From Nemertoderma westbladi (Eukaryota > Animalia > Xenacoelomorpha), in contig JAUCBJ010004054.1 in the NCBI GenBank assembly GCA_032718475.1, positions 998 through 64,997 of the forward strand: a DNA stretch of 64,000 nucleotides, written 5' to 3'. Position numbers and translations under genes: made by a program. Of the stretch, positions 11,972 to 26,042 are shown piece after piece. How positions within the stretch are numbered: the stretch's first letter is position 1; every line of letters begins with the position of its first letter. A model generated the notes under the pieces. The model ran no database searches. It was not told where the DNA came from and was given only the letters and a program-made list of their open reading frames with translations.

Positions 11972-12987
11972 TAATACTGGGCACGGGTTTCATCCCTACC
12001 TTTGCACTAATAGAGCTGGTTTTCACTAGAGATCGGTAACATGTCTCTACCGAGTCTGCAGCACTGCAGCCACTCAGCCGATGACCTCTACGATGTTTCG
12101 ATCTGCTCTGCTTACTGCCGACATGTGTAGCTAACCTTGCACCTAATTATGCAACTAGAGTAATTTAGTTTACTATTTGTTTTAATGGATTTAATTATTT
12201 GTGAGATGTCCGCCACACAACTTTGGTGGTGTAATTATGTATTTATTATCATTTCTAACAACGACGACAACGACAGACAGTCAACCGCTACGCAAAATCT
12301 ACATACTGTAGACTTGGTGGCTCACCCCAAAGCGTTTATACTTAAGTATATTAACATGGATTAATGTCCTACCTTACCTACTGGACTGTAATTGTTTTAC
12401 TGATAGATTGGACTGTCAGCCGGTTTCTTCGTATGGTAAATCACAAAAATGATAAACTTCGAAATCAATCGCGAAGCCGGGCAGAAATGCTACTACTACA
12501 GTGAGTAACAACTACAGTAATACAGTATTTGTTATAGCAGTGTATACAGTACTGCATACAGTATTACCAATTACGCTACTTACAGTGTCTTATGAACTGC
12601 TGAATAATAATGTTGTATAAAAGCCTGTACTACTGAGTGATATCATTCTAAAGTTTATTATTGATTTTAATTGATTTGCTTCTACGCCTGAATGGCATGG
12701 TATCCTTTAAGTTCTACTTGTAATAAATTTTCCGCACAAAGAATATTACTCGACAATTACTATATCTATTTCTAAAGCCACTACTCTGCTACAGATGGGG
12801 GAGGGAGGGGGAGGGGGGGGGGGGGGGGGACTTAATGGAACAGCAATTCAATATCAGGCCGGGGAGATTTTGCAAAAACTTTAGCTAATTCAATACATTT
12901 GATAATTTTGGAGTTGACTGACTGTTGAAACCAATTTAACAACCGTTTTACCTTTAGACTTTGCACTAGATTAATCAATAATATTAG

Positions 12988-14075
12988 CACCGAGAGAAAA
13001 CCGCCCCAATATTAGATTATTACAACAACATATCCATTGGGTAAGAAAGTGGAGGAGAGCCAGCCCGTCTCTTAATTTTTTACTTTATATTACGCGATCA
13101 ATTTTCACTCATCTCGTCATGAACCCAACATGTATGTAACCTTTTGTTAAATTTGTTGGCTATGCGTTTGCGGTTGTTTGGACAGAGTGTGGTAGGCCTA
13201 CACTTTTCACACTTAAATATTTTGGTTGTGAAATGTTACAGGGAATAGCGATCTGAGATATTTCATTTATATTTTATTATGAGAGGAAGAAGAACATACA
13301 ACGTTATTTACTATGTAACGAAATAATTGTTTTCGGGTTTGGAAGCCTCCCCAAATAGTTGATATACAATTATATTTAAAATTATATCCATGGTCATGGT
13401 CATTCACCCGTCTTTAGTTAGAAATCTGTTTGCATGAAAGACAGTTTAGTTTAGTTTTTACTGATTTATTATCTCTTATCTGACTGGGGTAATAATAAAG
13501 GATAGGATAAATGGAAGCAAAGTGTGACAGTAACAAATATTTCCCCGTCACCCTAGCATGTCTTAAGTATATGATATATCAAAGGGGGAAGTTTGGATTC
13601 ACTGCATAAATGCAGTTCACCAAACTTCCCCCGAATGCACACTGTAACTTCCCCCTTCCCCCAAATATCCACTGTTGAATTAATTTGAAGCGATATAATA
13701 AGTACAAAATTGTGCGAGTTTTTAATTGTGTGGTCCAATTGTTATTTGATTTCTATTTATTATTTAAAGTGCATTTAATATCACACTGGTTTTTAGAATA
13801 TTATACTATACAACCTTATGTTTTATTAATTTACCCAATCGAAGCCTCATAAGGGCCGGTTATTTGTACGCATATCCCCTAATGCGCTCAGTAAGGTTCA
13901 AACAACATATTAATATGAAAATAAAGTATCTGCAAAGAAAATAACCCAATACTATATAATTTGACCTTAATAAAAAATTTGCACTTTTGCACACTTATTT
14001 GTACAAATGCACTTTAGCAGATCGTAATGGTGGCTCTTATTTAACAAACTTATGTTTATCCTCTACCGATCTACG
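12988..14075. repeat. Direct repeat of about 1.09 kb, copy 1
   Basis: Near-identical to 16000-17086 (caccgagagaaa ... cctctaccgatctacg). Confidence 0.95.
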
Positions 14076-14481
14076 ATGGTGTATGATCAAGTGTCAGTCG
14101 CTAAAAGTGTCAAAAATCCAATTTAATAAATCTGGATTTGCGATTTTGGACCATATTCATGGACATTTTAAGTCACTTTATAGACATAAAAAGTTAAACA
14201 AATGTTACGATTATAGTTAGAAATCATTCCAAACTACATTTTAATCCAAAAAATAACATTCTACGATGAATAGAACTGGAAATAATAGTGTTTGAAATAT
14301 CGAAAAAATGTTCACTATTTAAGTTGCTCTAAGTGCGCATAAGTATTTTCCCAAGTTTTATCCTATTTCACACACTACAATCTATCCTCTATCCAATGAA
14401 AAAAGTTTCAGATTAAACGGCCCTGTAGAACCGAAGTTATTTATGTTTAAAAATAGTCACTCGAAAATTTAAAATTCTCTT

Positions 14482-14554
14482 GGTCACATAGTCTAGTGGT
14501 TATCAATCACGTTAATGAAACCTAAGTTCGCGGGTTCGAAATCCAATATTGACC
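14482..14554 (+). pseudogene. tRNA-like sequence (tRNA pseudogene or SINE head)
   Basis: A-box tagtctagtgg, B-box ggttcgaaatcc and partial acceptor stem ggtca/tgacc over 73 nt. The anticodon and T stems are degenerate. Confidence 0.55.
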
Positions 14555-15999
14555 TGACCATTCTTAATTTTTTTGCAAAAAAAATTATTTTTATTTTTTC
14601 ACTTAAATCGCTCTAACTTCGGTTCTGGTGGTCCAAATTCAATAAAATTGGTATATTCTTTGCCGTAATTTTTTTCTTAATCTTTTGAGAAGGGGTTATT
14701 TTTGGCCCCAAAAAAATTAAAAAAAGGGCCAAAATAACGCGATATTTTTCGACCCTTAAAATTCGTAATTTTAATTATATATGTTAAGATAAAAGATAGC
14801 GGAGTTAATTTGATACTTTTTACAGGTACTTTTGGCGCAATACGCTAAATTATAATGGAATAGCGATTTGTTAAAAAAAAAATTTTTCGTCCCTTTTTAT
14901 AAATATTATATTTCACACGATCGCCTGCCGCTCCAGTTTTATAATACCTCCGGCGCTGTGATTAGCGCTGTTAGATAGATAATTTAACGCACTATAAGTC
15001 TGTGTAAACAAATCTCCCGTAAGTTAAGTAGTTTTCGAGCTAGACGATTTCCCGCGAAGCAAGTTTGAAGCGCGAAATTATAATTTTGGCCCTCATTTTT
15101 TTAATATCATCCTTGGAGCAAAACCGATAGCATATTTGAATTCCCCGTATGGATATTGACTGTATAGAATGTACCTTAACCAACTAAAGTTAAAAATAAA
15201 AAATTATTCGATAAAAACTACTTTACAAATTCTGGCCCTTTTTGGCCCCTATTGCCGACATATTTTTTGTACCCTCATTCGATAGGAACGTAGCCCCAAT
15301 GGTCTTCTACGAGTTTCATAAAAGAATTAGTGGATTCCTACCCGCGTTGTCGAATTAAACATTTCGGAAATAAGTTTTCCAAAAAAGACGGACAAAAACG
15401 TACAAATTTACAGCCCCTTTTTCCACCCGAAATTTTAGTAAATATCTTACCCCCATTCGATACGAAGGTAGTACCACTCTTCCCCTTTCCAACCGCGTTA
15501 CTTTCGTCCCCGTACGATTAATATTAGCCGAGTTATAGCGGATCCCGCAAAGTCATTTTGTCCGTTTTTTCAACTTTGACGGACATTTTCGGAAAAAAGG
15601 CGTGGTAATCTTTTTTGAAAAAAAAAACGAATTCACTAATTAATCCCTTCTATCGTATCCCGGCGTCGGCTAAGCAATAACCTAGGGTTTTTTCGAGCCA
15701 CTGTAGAGCGCCTTTCAAAAAAATTTTAAAATTGTCGAAAAAATGACGGTTTTTTGTCCGCCGTGTCCGTCGAAGGGTTAGATTTAATAATGTTAGAGTT
15801 GCTAATATCTTAGAATTCCGAGCCGCTCCCCTGGTGAGAAAATAAAAAAATTTGGTCAGTTCCTTCATCGAAAAGTCCCCCAGAATCCCAAGTTAACCTA
15901 TATAGTTAGCGATGGCCTGCGGCTTTAGGAGCGGCCGCGGTATTCACCTCCCTCATAGCGGCCGCGGCGGTGTTGCGTCAAATGGAGAAATATTTATCC

Positions 16000-17086
16000 C
16001 ACCGAGAGAAAGCCGCCCCAATATTAGATTATTACAACAACATATCCATTGGGTAAGAAAGTGGAGGAGAGCCAGCCCGTCTCTTAATTTTTTACTTTAT
16101 ATTACGCGATCAATTTTCACTCATCTCGTCATGAACCCAACATGTATGTAACCTTTTGTTAAATTTGTTGGCTATGCGTTTGCGGCTGTTTGGGCGGGGT
16201 GTGGTAGGCCTACACTTTTCACACTTAAATATTTTGGTTGTGAAATGTTACAGGGCACAGCGATCTGAGATATTTCATATATATTTTATTATGAGAGGAA
16301 GAAGAACATACAACGTTATTTACTATGTAACAAAATAATTGTTTTCGGGTTTAACTTGGAAGCCTCCCCAAATAGTTGATATACAATTATATTTAAAATT
16401 ATTTCCATGGTCATGGTCATTCACCCGTCTTTAGTTAGAAATTTGTTTGCATGAAAGACAGTTTAGTTTAGTTTTTACTGATTTATTATCTCTTATCTGA
16501 CTGGGGTAATAATAAAGGATAGGATAAATGGAAGCAAAGTGTGACAGTAACAAATATTTCCCCGTCACCCTAGCATGTCTTAAGTATATGATATATCAAA
16601 GGGGGAAGTTTGGATTCACTGCATAAATGCAGTTCACCAAACTTCCCCCGAATGCACACTGTAACTTCCCCCTTCCCCCAAATATCCACTGTTGAATTAA
16701 TTTGAAGCGATATAATAAGTACAAAATTGTGCGAGTTTTTAATTGTGTAGTCCATTTGTTATTTGATCTCTATTTATTGTTTAAAGTGCATTTAATATCA
16801 CACTGGTTTTTTAGAATATTACAACCTTATGTTTTATTTATTAACCCAATCGAAGCCTCATAAGGGCCGGTTATTTGTACGCATATCCCCTAATGCGCTC
16901 AGTAAGGTTCAAACAACATATTAATATGAAAATAAAGTATCTGCAAAGAAAATAACCCAATACTATATAATTTGACCTTATTAAAAAATTTGCACTTTTG
17001 CACACTTATTTGTACAAATGCACTTTAGCAGATCGTAATGGTGGCTCTTATTTAACAAACTTATGTTTATCCTCTACCGATCTACG
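16000..17086. repeat. Direct repeat of about 1.09 kb, copy 2
   Basis: Near-identical to 12988-14075 apart from a few substitutions and small indels. Confidence 0.95.
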
Positions 17087-17691
17087 TTTGCAATTGAACC
17101 GCAATGGTCTATAAAGTTGGAGTCGGGGTGTGTGCACTGGTTTAACAATAAGTGTTACTGTAAATATTTTTATAATTTATTATTACTGTCATGGGTGAAT
17201 GAGTCTCATTCGGTTTGTCATTTGGAGGTCACCATTTCGAACCCACAAGGACATCAATGCCGAATTTGCAGAGCTGTGCCCAACAAAACTTATAACTGTA
17301 ATTATGATACATTTTATATTCATAGTAATGTGAGAGTTATGATACTGTATATACGTTTTTATCACATAAAGTAGGATGTCGGAACCAGTGTTGAAATTAC
17401 TAGGTAAACCTACCTAAAACACTAGCTACATAAAATTTAGTAGCTTGCTTAACGAAGAGACTTCAATTACGACCGTTGACAAAATTGCAGCAAATGAAAA
17501 TTTATAGAACTATGCCCATACCAAAATATCAAAATAGTGTAAAAAAAACTGGCCTTTATTTAAGGCCAAATCGACAACCTGTTAGGCCGTATATATAGTA
17601 TGCCATGGTTGCGTCCAGGATGCAATCATCCGTTATCAGTTTACATGGCGACCAAATATATATTAATTGATAATTATTTAATAGTAGAAAC

Positions 17692-17957
17692 CTACCTGAT
17701 AGTAGAGCACCTCTTGTAGGGGAACAAACGGGCTGGACATAGTAATTATCTAAAATGACACCATCTCCAGCCAGTCTGTCTATTGTTGGTGTTCGTATCT
17801 CGCTACCATGGTAACCGACGTCGTTCCAACCCAGGTCGTCCGCCAGTATGAATACTATATGAGGCTGCTTATTGGCTGACACCATAGATACCACACTAAT
17901 GGCAGCCAATAGGAGATTAATTAGGGGCCGTTGTTTCATAATATTCCCTATTTTCAT
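17692..17957 (-). CDS. Arylsulfatase (ARSB/ARSI/ARSJ group), first coding exon
   Basis: Signal peptide, then [22 protein letters not shown] and the formylglycine motif [15 protein letters not shown]. Homology stops at GT donor candidates (17695 or 17691). Confidence 0.92.
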
Positions 17958-18294
17958 ATCACTTGCTACTCAAATAATTTTATACGATTTTACTTACAAG
18001 AACTGCTGTATTAATTATTATTACGTGTATTTAAAGTTACCTGAGAAATCATTCGAGGTATAAAGTTAGTTTTATATCGCGACCGCCTGTCAAACTGTTT
18101 GTATAAGAAATTATTATACTGTGTGCCTTGAAAGACAACATTGATGGCATGTTAGAGATAACAAAGTTTTATAGACCTAATCTACCAACACAATAATAGG
18201 CCTACATACATAGTGTATGTATTGGACTAAACTGCAGGGAACTAAGGAATTCAATTATTGTCTCACCGAAATTCTAAGGAAAGATATTCTCAGT

Positions 18295-18495
18295 TGGTTG
18301 TGCGCGGGGCTTACAATCTATCCACACACCAGAGCCACGCCAAGGTCCACCAAGACTTTCATTTACTGGGGTAGATAAATTGAGAACCAGTTGAATTACT
18401 GGGAGCAAAGGATAGAAATAGCGCCCACCCATACCTTCGGGTAGCAGTTATAAAAAGAGGAGCCTTCGGGTCGCCTCTGGCTTCAGCTGACTGCT
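18295..18495 (+). mobile_element. SINE-like remnant with a conserved central domain
   Basis: ccaaggtccaccaagactttcat...ggggtagataaattgagaaccag resembles, from recall, the widespread metazoan SINE core. It is followed by aaaagaggagccttcgggtcgcc. Confidence 0.5.
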
Positions 18496-18899
18496 TGGTT
18501 TTTTGCCATTACTGTAAGGGAAGTTGTAGAATATCAGTATTTTTACTATTCGTTCAAAATTTGGTAATTGTCAACTATACCAATTCCTGACAATATATTG
18601 AATTTTCCTGTTCTGTCTAGTTCTGTCCTACTATTCTGTCTGACTTCTTTACATTACATTATTCAGCTTCAAAATAAAACACTAACATCAATTGCACAGT
18701 GCGACCTTGTGCAATAACCACAATTCAGGAAAAAATACTGGTAGCCAATGTGGAAATATAAATGATTATGATTCAGATAAAAATTACCAAATAAGTTGCA
18801 TCAATTCCGGACAGAGAGAGAGAGAGAGATAAGAGTAACTCTTCCAGTCTAGGCTCTAGGTCTAGGTACTATTTATCTTATAGGTTCTACAATTATTCT

Positions 18900-21800
18900 A
18901 CCTATCTCTATTTCCCAGTACCTACCTACTATTCCCTATTTCCCAGTACCTACCTACTATTATCTATTTCCCCGTACCTACCTACTATTCCCTATTTCCC
19001 CGTACCTACCTACTATTCCCTATTTCCGATTACCTACCTACTATTCCCTATTTCCCAATACCTACCTACTATTATCTATTTCCCAGTACCTACCTACTAT
19101 TCCCTATTTCCCCGTACCTACCTACTATTCCCTATTTCCCAATACCTACCTACTATTATCTATTTCCCAGTACCTACCTACTATTCTCTATTTCCCCGTA
19201 CCTACCTACTATTCCCTATTTCCCAGTACCTACCTACTATTATCTATTTCCCAGTACCTACCTACTATTCTCTATTTCCCCGTACCTACCTACTATTCCC
19301 TATTTCCCCGTACCTACCTACTATTCCCTATTTCCCAGTACCTACCTACTATTCCCTATTTCCCAGTACCTACCTACTATTATCTATTTCCCAGTACCTA
19401 CCTACTATTCCCTATTTCCCAATACCTACCTACTATTATCTATTTCCCCGTACCTACCTACTATTCCCTATTTCCCCGTACCTACCTACTATTCCCTATT
19501 TCCGATTACCTACCTACTATTCCCTATTTCCCCGTACCTACCTACTATTCCCTATTTCCCAATACCTACCTACTATTATCTATTTCCCAGTACCTACCTA
19601 CTATTCCCTATTTCCCCGTACCTACCTACTATTCCCTATTTCCCAATACCTACCTACTATTATCTATTTCCCAGTACCTACCTACTATTCCCTATTTCCC
19701 AGTACCTACCTACTATTATCTATTTCCCAGTACCTACCTACTATTCCCTATTTCCCAATACCTACCTACTATTATCTATTTCCCAGTACCTACCTACTAT
19801 TCCCTATTTCCCAGTACCTACCTACTATTCCCTATTTCCCAGTACCTACCTACTATTCCCTATTTCCCAATACCTACCTACTATTATCTATTTCCCAGTA
19901 CCTACCTACTATTCCCTATTTCCCCGTACCTACCTACTATTCCCTATTTCCGATTACCTACCTACTATTCCCTATTTCCCAATACCTACCTACTATTATC
20001 TATTTCCCCGTACCTACCTACTATTCCCTATTTCCCAGTACCTACCTACTATTCCCTATTTCCCAGTACCTACCTACTATTATCTATTTCCCCGTACCTA
20101 CCTACTATTCTCTATTTCCCCGTACCTACCTACTATTCCCTATTTCCCAGTACCTACCTACTATTATCTATTTCCCAGTACCTACCTACTATTCCCTATT
20201 TCCCAGTACCTACCTACTATTCCCTATTTCCCAGTACCTACCTACTATTATCTATTTCCCCGTACCTACCTACTATTCTCTATTTCCCCGTACCTACCTA
20301 CTATTCCCTATTTCCCCGTACCTACCTACTATTCCCTATTTCCGATTACCTACCTACTATTCCCTATTTCCGATTACCTACCTACTATTCCCTATTTCCG
20401 ATTACCTACCTACTATTCCCTATTTCCGATTACCTACCTACTATTCCCTATTTCCCAGTACCTACCTACTATTCCCTATTTCCCAGTACCTACCTACTAT
20501 TCCCTATTTCCGATTACCTACCTACTATTCCCTATTTCCGATTACCTACCTACTATTCCCTATTTCCCAATACCTACCTACTATTCCCTATTTCCCAGTA
20601 CCTACCTACTATTCTCTATTTCCCAGTACCTACCTACTATTCTCTATTTCCCCGTACCTACCTACTATTCCCTATTTCCCCGTACCTACCTACTATTCCC
20701 TATTTCCGATTACCTACCTACTATTCCCTATTTCCCAGTACCTACCTACTATTCCCTATTTCCCAATACCTACCTACTATTCCCTATTTCCCAGTACCTA
20801 CCTACTATTATCTATTTCCCCGTACCTACCTACTATTCCCTATTTCCCCGTACCTACCTACTATTCCCTATTTCCGATTACCTACCTACTATTCCCTATT
20901 TCCCAGTACCTACCTACTATTCCCTATTTCCCAATACCTACCTACTATTCTCTATTTCCCCGTACCTACCTACTATTATCTATTTCCCCGTACCTACCTA
21001 CTATTCCCTATTTCCCCGTACCTACCTACTATTCCCTATTTCCGATTACCTACCTACTATTCCCTATTTCCCCGTACCTACCTACTATTCCCTATTTCCC
21101 AATACCTACCTACTATTATCTATTTCCCAGTACCTACCTACTATTCTCTATTTCCCCGTACCTACCTACTATTCCCTATTTCCCAGTACCTACCTACTAT
21201 TATCTATTTCCCAGTACCTACCTACTATTCTCTATTTCCCCGTACCTACCTACTATTCCCTATTTCCCAATACCTACCTACTATTATCTATTTCCCAGTA
21301 CCTACCTACTATTATCTATTTCCCAGTACCTACCTACTATTTCCTATTTCCCAATACCTACCTACTATTCTCTATTTCCCCGTACCTACCTACTATTATC
21401 TATTTCCCCGTACCTACCTACTATTCCCTATTTCCCCGTACCTACCTACTATTCCCTATTTCCGATTACCTACCTACTATTCCCTATTTCCCCGTACCTA
21501 CCTACTATTCCCTATTTCCCAATACCTACCTACTATTATCTATTTCCCAGTACCTACCTACTATTCTCTATTTCCCCGTACCTACCTACTATTCCCTATT
21601 TCCGATTACCTACCTACTATTCCCTATTTCCCCGTACCTACCTACTATTCCCTATTTCCCAATACCTACCTACTATTATCTATTTCCCAGTACCTACCTA
21701 CTATTCCCTATTTCCCAGTACCTACCTACTATTATCTATTTCCCAGTACCTACCTACTATTCTCTATTTCCCCGTACCTACCTACTATTCCCTATTTCCC

Positions 21801-24754
21801 AATACCTACCTACTATTATCTATTTCCCAGTACCTACCTACTATTCTCTATTTCCCCGTACCTACCTACTATTCCCTATTTCCGATTACCTACCTACTAT
21901 TCCCTATTTCCCCGTACCTACCTACTATTCCCTATTTCCCAATACCTACCTACTATTATCTATTTCCCAGTACCTACCTACTATTCCCTATTTCCCAGTA
22001 CCTACCTACTATTCTCTATTTCCCAATACCTACCTACTATTATCTATTTCCCCGTACCTACCTACTATTCCCTATTTCCCAGTACCTACCTACTATTCTC
22101 TATTTCCCAATACCTACCTACTATTCCCTATTTCCCAGTACCTACCTACTATTCTCTATTTCCCAATACCTACCTACTATTCCCTATTTCCCAGTACCTA
22201 CCTACTATTCTCTATTTCCCAATACCTACCTACTATTATCTATTTCCCAGTACCTACCTACTATTCCCTATTTCCGATTACCTACCTACTATTCCCTATT
22301 TCCCCGTACCTACCTACTATTCCCTATTTCCCAATACCTACCTACTATTATCTATTTCCCAGTACCTACCTACTATTCCCTATTTCCCAATACCTACCTA
22401 CTATTATCTATTTCCCCGTACCTACCTACTATTCCCTATTTCCCCGTACCTACCTACTATTCCCTATTTCCGATTACCTACCTACTATTCCCTATTTCCC
22501 CGTACCTACCTACTATTCCCTATTTCCCAATACCTACCTACTATTATCTATTTCCCAGTACCTACCTACTATTCCCTATTTCCCAATACCTACCTACTAT
22601 TATCTATTTCCCCGTACCTACCTACTATTCTCTATTTCCCCGTACCTACCTACTATTCCCTATTTCCGATTACCTACCTACTATTCCCTATTTCCCCGTA
22701 CCTACCTACTATTCCCTATTTCCCAATACCTACCTACTATTATCTATTTCCCAGTACCTACCTACTATTCCCTATTTCCCAGTACCTACCTACTATTATC
22801 TATTTCCCAGTACCTACCTACTATTCTCTATTTCCCCGTACCTACCTACTATTCCCTATTTCCCAATACCTACCTACTATTATCTATTTCCCAGTACCTA
22901 CCTACTATTCTCTATTTCCCCGTACCTACCTACTATTCCCTATTTCCGATTACCTACCTACTATTCCCTATTTCCCCGTACCTACCTACTATTCCCTATT
23001 TCCCAATACCTACCTACTATTATCTATTTCCCAGTACCTACCTACTATTCCCTATTTCCCAGTACCTACCTACTATTCTCTATTTCCCAATACCTACCTA
23101 CTATTATCTATTTCCCCGTACCTACCTACTATTCCCTATTTCCCAGTACCTACCTACTATTCTCTATTTCCCAATACCTACCTACTATTCCCTATTTCCC
23201 AGTACCTACCTACTATTCTCTATTTCCCAATACCTACCTACTATTCCCTATTTCCCAGTACCTACCTACTATTCTCTATTTCCCAATACCTACCTACTAT
23301 TATCTATTTCCCAGTACCTACCTACTATTCCCTATTTCCGATTACCTACCTACTATTCCCTATTTCCCCGTACCTACCTACTATTCCCTATTTCCCAATA
23401 CCTACCTACTATTATCTATTTCCCAGTACCTACCTACTATTCCCTATTTCCCAATACCTACCTACTATTATCTATTTCCCCGTACCTACCTACTATTCCC
23501 TATTTCCCCGTACCTACCTACTATTCCCTATTTCCCCGTACCTACCTACTATTCCCTATTTCCGATTACCTACCTACTATTCCCTATTTCCCCGTACCTA
23601 CCTACTATTCCCTATTTCCCAATACCTACCTACTATTATCTATTTCCCAGTACCTACCTACTATTCTCTATTTCCCCGTACCTACCTACTATTCCCTATT
23701 TCCGATTACCTACCTACTATTCCCTATTTCCCCGTACCTACCTACTATTCCCTATTTCCCAATACCTACCTACTATTATCTATTTCCCAGTACCTACCTA
23801 CTATTCCCTATTTCCCAGTACCTACCTACTATTATCTATTTCCCCGTACCTACCTACTATTCCCTATTTCCCCGTACCTACCTACTATTCCCTATTTCCG
23901 ATTACCTACCTACTATTCCCTATTTCCCCGTACCTACCTACTATTCCCTATTTCCCAATACCTACCTACTATTATCTATTTCCCAGTACCTACCTACTAT
24001 TATCTATTTCCCAATACCTACCTACTATTCCCTATTTCCGATTACCTACCTACTATTCCCTATTTCCCCGTACCTACCTACTATTCCCTATTTCCCAATA
24101 CCTACCTACTATTATCTATTTCCCAGTACCTACCTACTATTATCTATTTCCCAATACCTACCTACTATTATCTATTTCCCCGTACCTACCTACTATTCCC
24201 TATTTCCCAGTACCTACCTACTATTATCTATTTCCCCGTACCTACCTACTATTCCCTATTTCCCAATACCTACCTACTATTCCCTATTTCCGATTACCTA
24301 CCTACTATTCCCTATTTCCGATTACCTACCTACTATTCCCTATTTCCCCGTACCTACCTACTATTCCCTATTTCCCAATACCTACCTACTATTATCTATT
24401 TCCCAGTACCTACCTACTATTCCCTATTTCCCAGTACCTACCTACTATTATCTATTTCCCAGTACCTACCTACTATTCTCTATTTCCCCGTACCTACCTA
24501 CTATTCTCTATTTCCCCGTACCTACCTACTATTCCCTATTTCCCAGTACCTACCTACTATTCCCTATTTCCCAGTACCTACCTACTATTCTCTATTTCCC
24601 CGTACCTACCTACTATTCTCTATTTCCCCGTACCTACCTACTATTCCCTATTTCCCAGTACCTACCTACTATTCTCTATTTCCCAGTACCTACCTACTAT
24701 TCTCTATTTCCCCGTACCTACCTACTATTCCCTATTTCCCAGTACCTACCTACC
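18900..24754. repeat. 28-bp satellite (tacctacctactattccctatttcccag), about 210 copies
   Basis: Continuous 28-bp periodicity with two variable slots per unit. Confidence 0.98.
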
Positions 24755-26042
24755 TGTTAATCCACTAGCTCGTATATAAACCATATAAATCACACCGCGG
24801 CAAGTTTACGGTATTTAGGTCAGTTAGAGATAGTTAGGATTCGCTGCGCGGGGATTGTTTCCTCGTGAGTTTGGTCTGCCACCGTAGACTGTACATCTGC
24901 CTCACCGGTTAGAGCAAGGGTATCCTGTTTTGTCTAGTTTGTCGGGCATTTGACTCGCCCACGTATTTAGAATAGACACCAGGCTCTGTTCCTCGCCAGT
25001 AGTTGTTCTCGTATCTGTATCTCTTTATTTAGGCACCCTGGACTGGGATTTGTTGCCAGATACTGTACGAGCCTGTATACACTACTGGATCTTACGGTAA
25101 GATACATGTTACTAGGATCCGGTAAGCAGTATACTACTAGACTTTTCAGTAGGGAATATTCTATAGCTTAATATTAGTAGATTTGTAGGCCGTAGGATAG
25201 CTCTTACTGAGAAGGATCTCAAAGTAGGGAATACTATATAAATTACTAAATTGTTGTATAGTATTATTTAGATTTGTACGCGCTGTAAAGTGCGTGCGCA
25301 CTTTCAGTAGGCTTTAGGGTAGCTAGTAGTTTTCGTATTTAATATTTGACTAGCTAATAGTTAGTTTATAGCAATTTGTTTTACGCCGTGTGTGTGCGGT
25401 GTTACTTTTCGGTACTTGAAAAGGTACATAGGGTTTAAAGACCAAGTTGTATCGGTACCTAGGAAGAATTTTCGTAGAGTAGAAGTAAAACTCTCACCTT
25501 CGACCTTTCAGGACTCAAGGACTCATTTCTGGACCGTTTTGAGGGATTAGACCGCTTTTCGCAAAGTTTGGGAGACACAAAATTCGTCCGCGACGCCGAA
25601 AACGGAATGACCCACATATCCAGTTTGTATTTGGGAATTTGCACGACTGGAAGATCAAAGGAGCGTAAGTTTTACGACTCGTGTCGTTCAAAATTTAGAG
25701 CACAGTAGTACTCAAAATTTGTGGGTTCCACTGTCTAATTAGTAGTGTTGTTGGTACTTATTTTCCCCGTTAGACGTTGCTGTTTTGCCTATTATTTGTA
25801 CTTGTTGATCTACATTTTGGTAACGTATACCGTTATCTCACTTATTCGTACAAATTTAGCCGGTAGGTTAGATTATTACATATTTTATTATATACATTGA
25901 TTTTATTTGTACCGGTTAGGGTATATATATGGTATATATATACTAAGGTAAGTTTGACATTTCGACATTTTGACATTCTGATACTTTGACATTTTATTAC
26001 CCGTACTTGATGTATATAATAAGACATCAGTGACACCCCACA
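24755..26042 (+). repeat. Putative 5' LTR of the BEL/Pao element
   Basis: AT-rich non-coding segment starting TGT and ending ...ccccACA. No second LTR confirms the right boundary and no clear PBS is visible. Confidence 0.45.

Noticed and set aside
14482-14554. Functional tRNA gene
   Set aside because: The anticodon and T stems do not pair properly, so it is kept only as a tRNA-like remnant.
12988-17086. LTR retrotransposon
   Set aside because: It has no TG..CA termini, TSD, PBS/PPT or gag/pol remnants.
17556-17691. C-terminal part of the 133-aa sulfatase ORF
   Set aside because: Homology ends at a splice donor, so this part is intron read-through.
18900-24754. 28-bp array as a CRISPR or telomeric repeat
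   Set aside because: There are no spacers, the unit is not a known telomere motif, and the array is interstitial.
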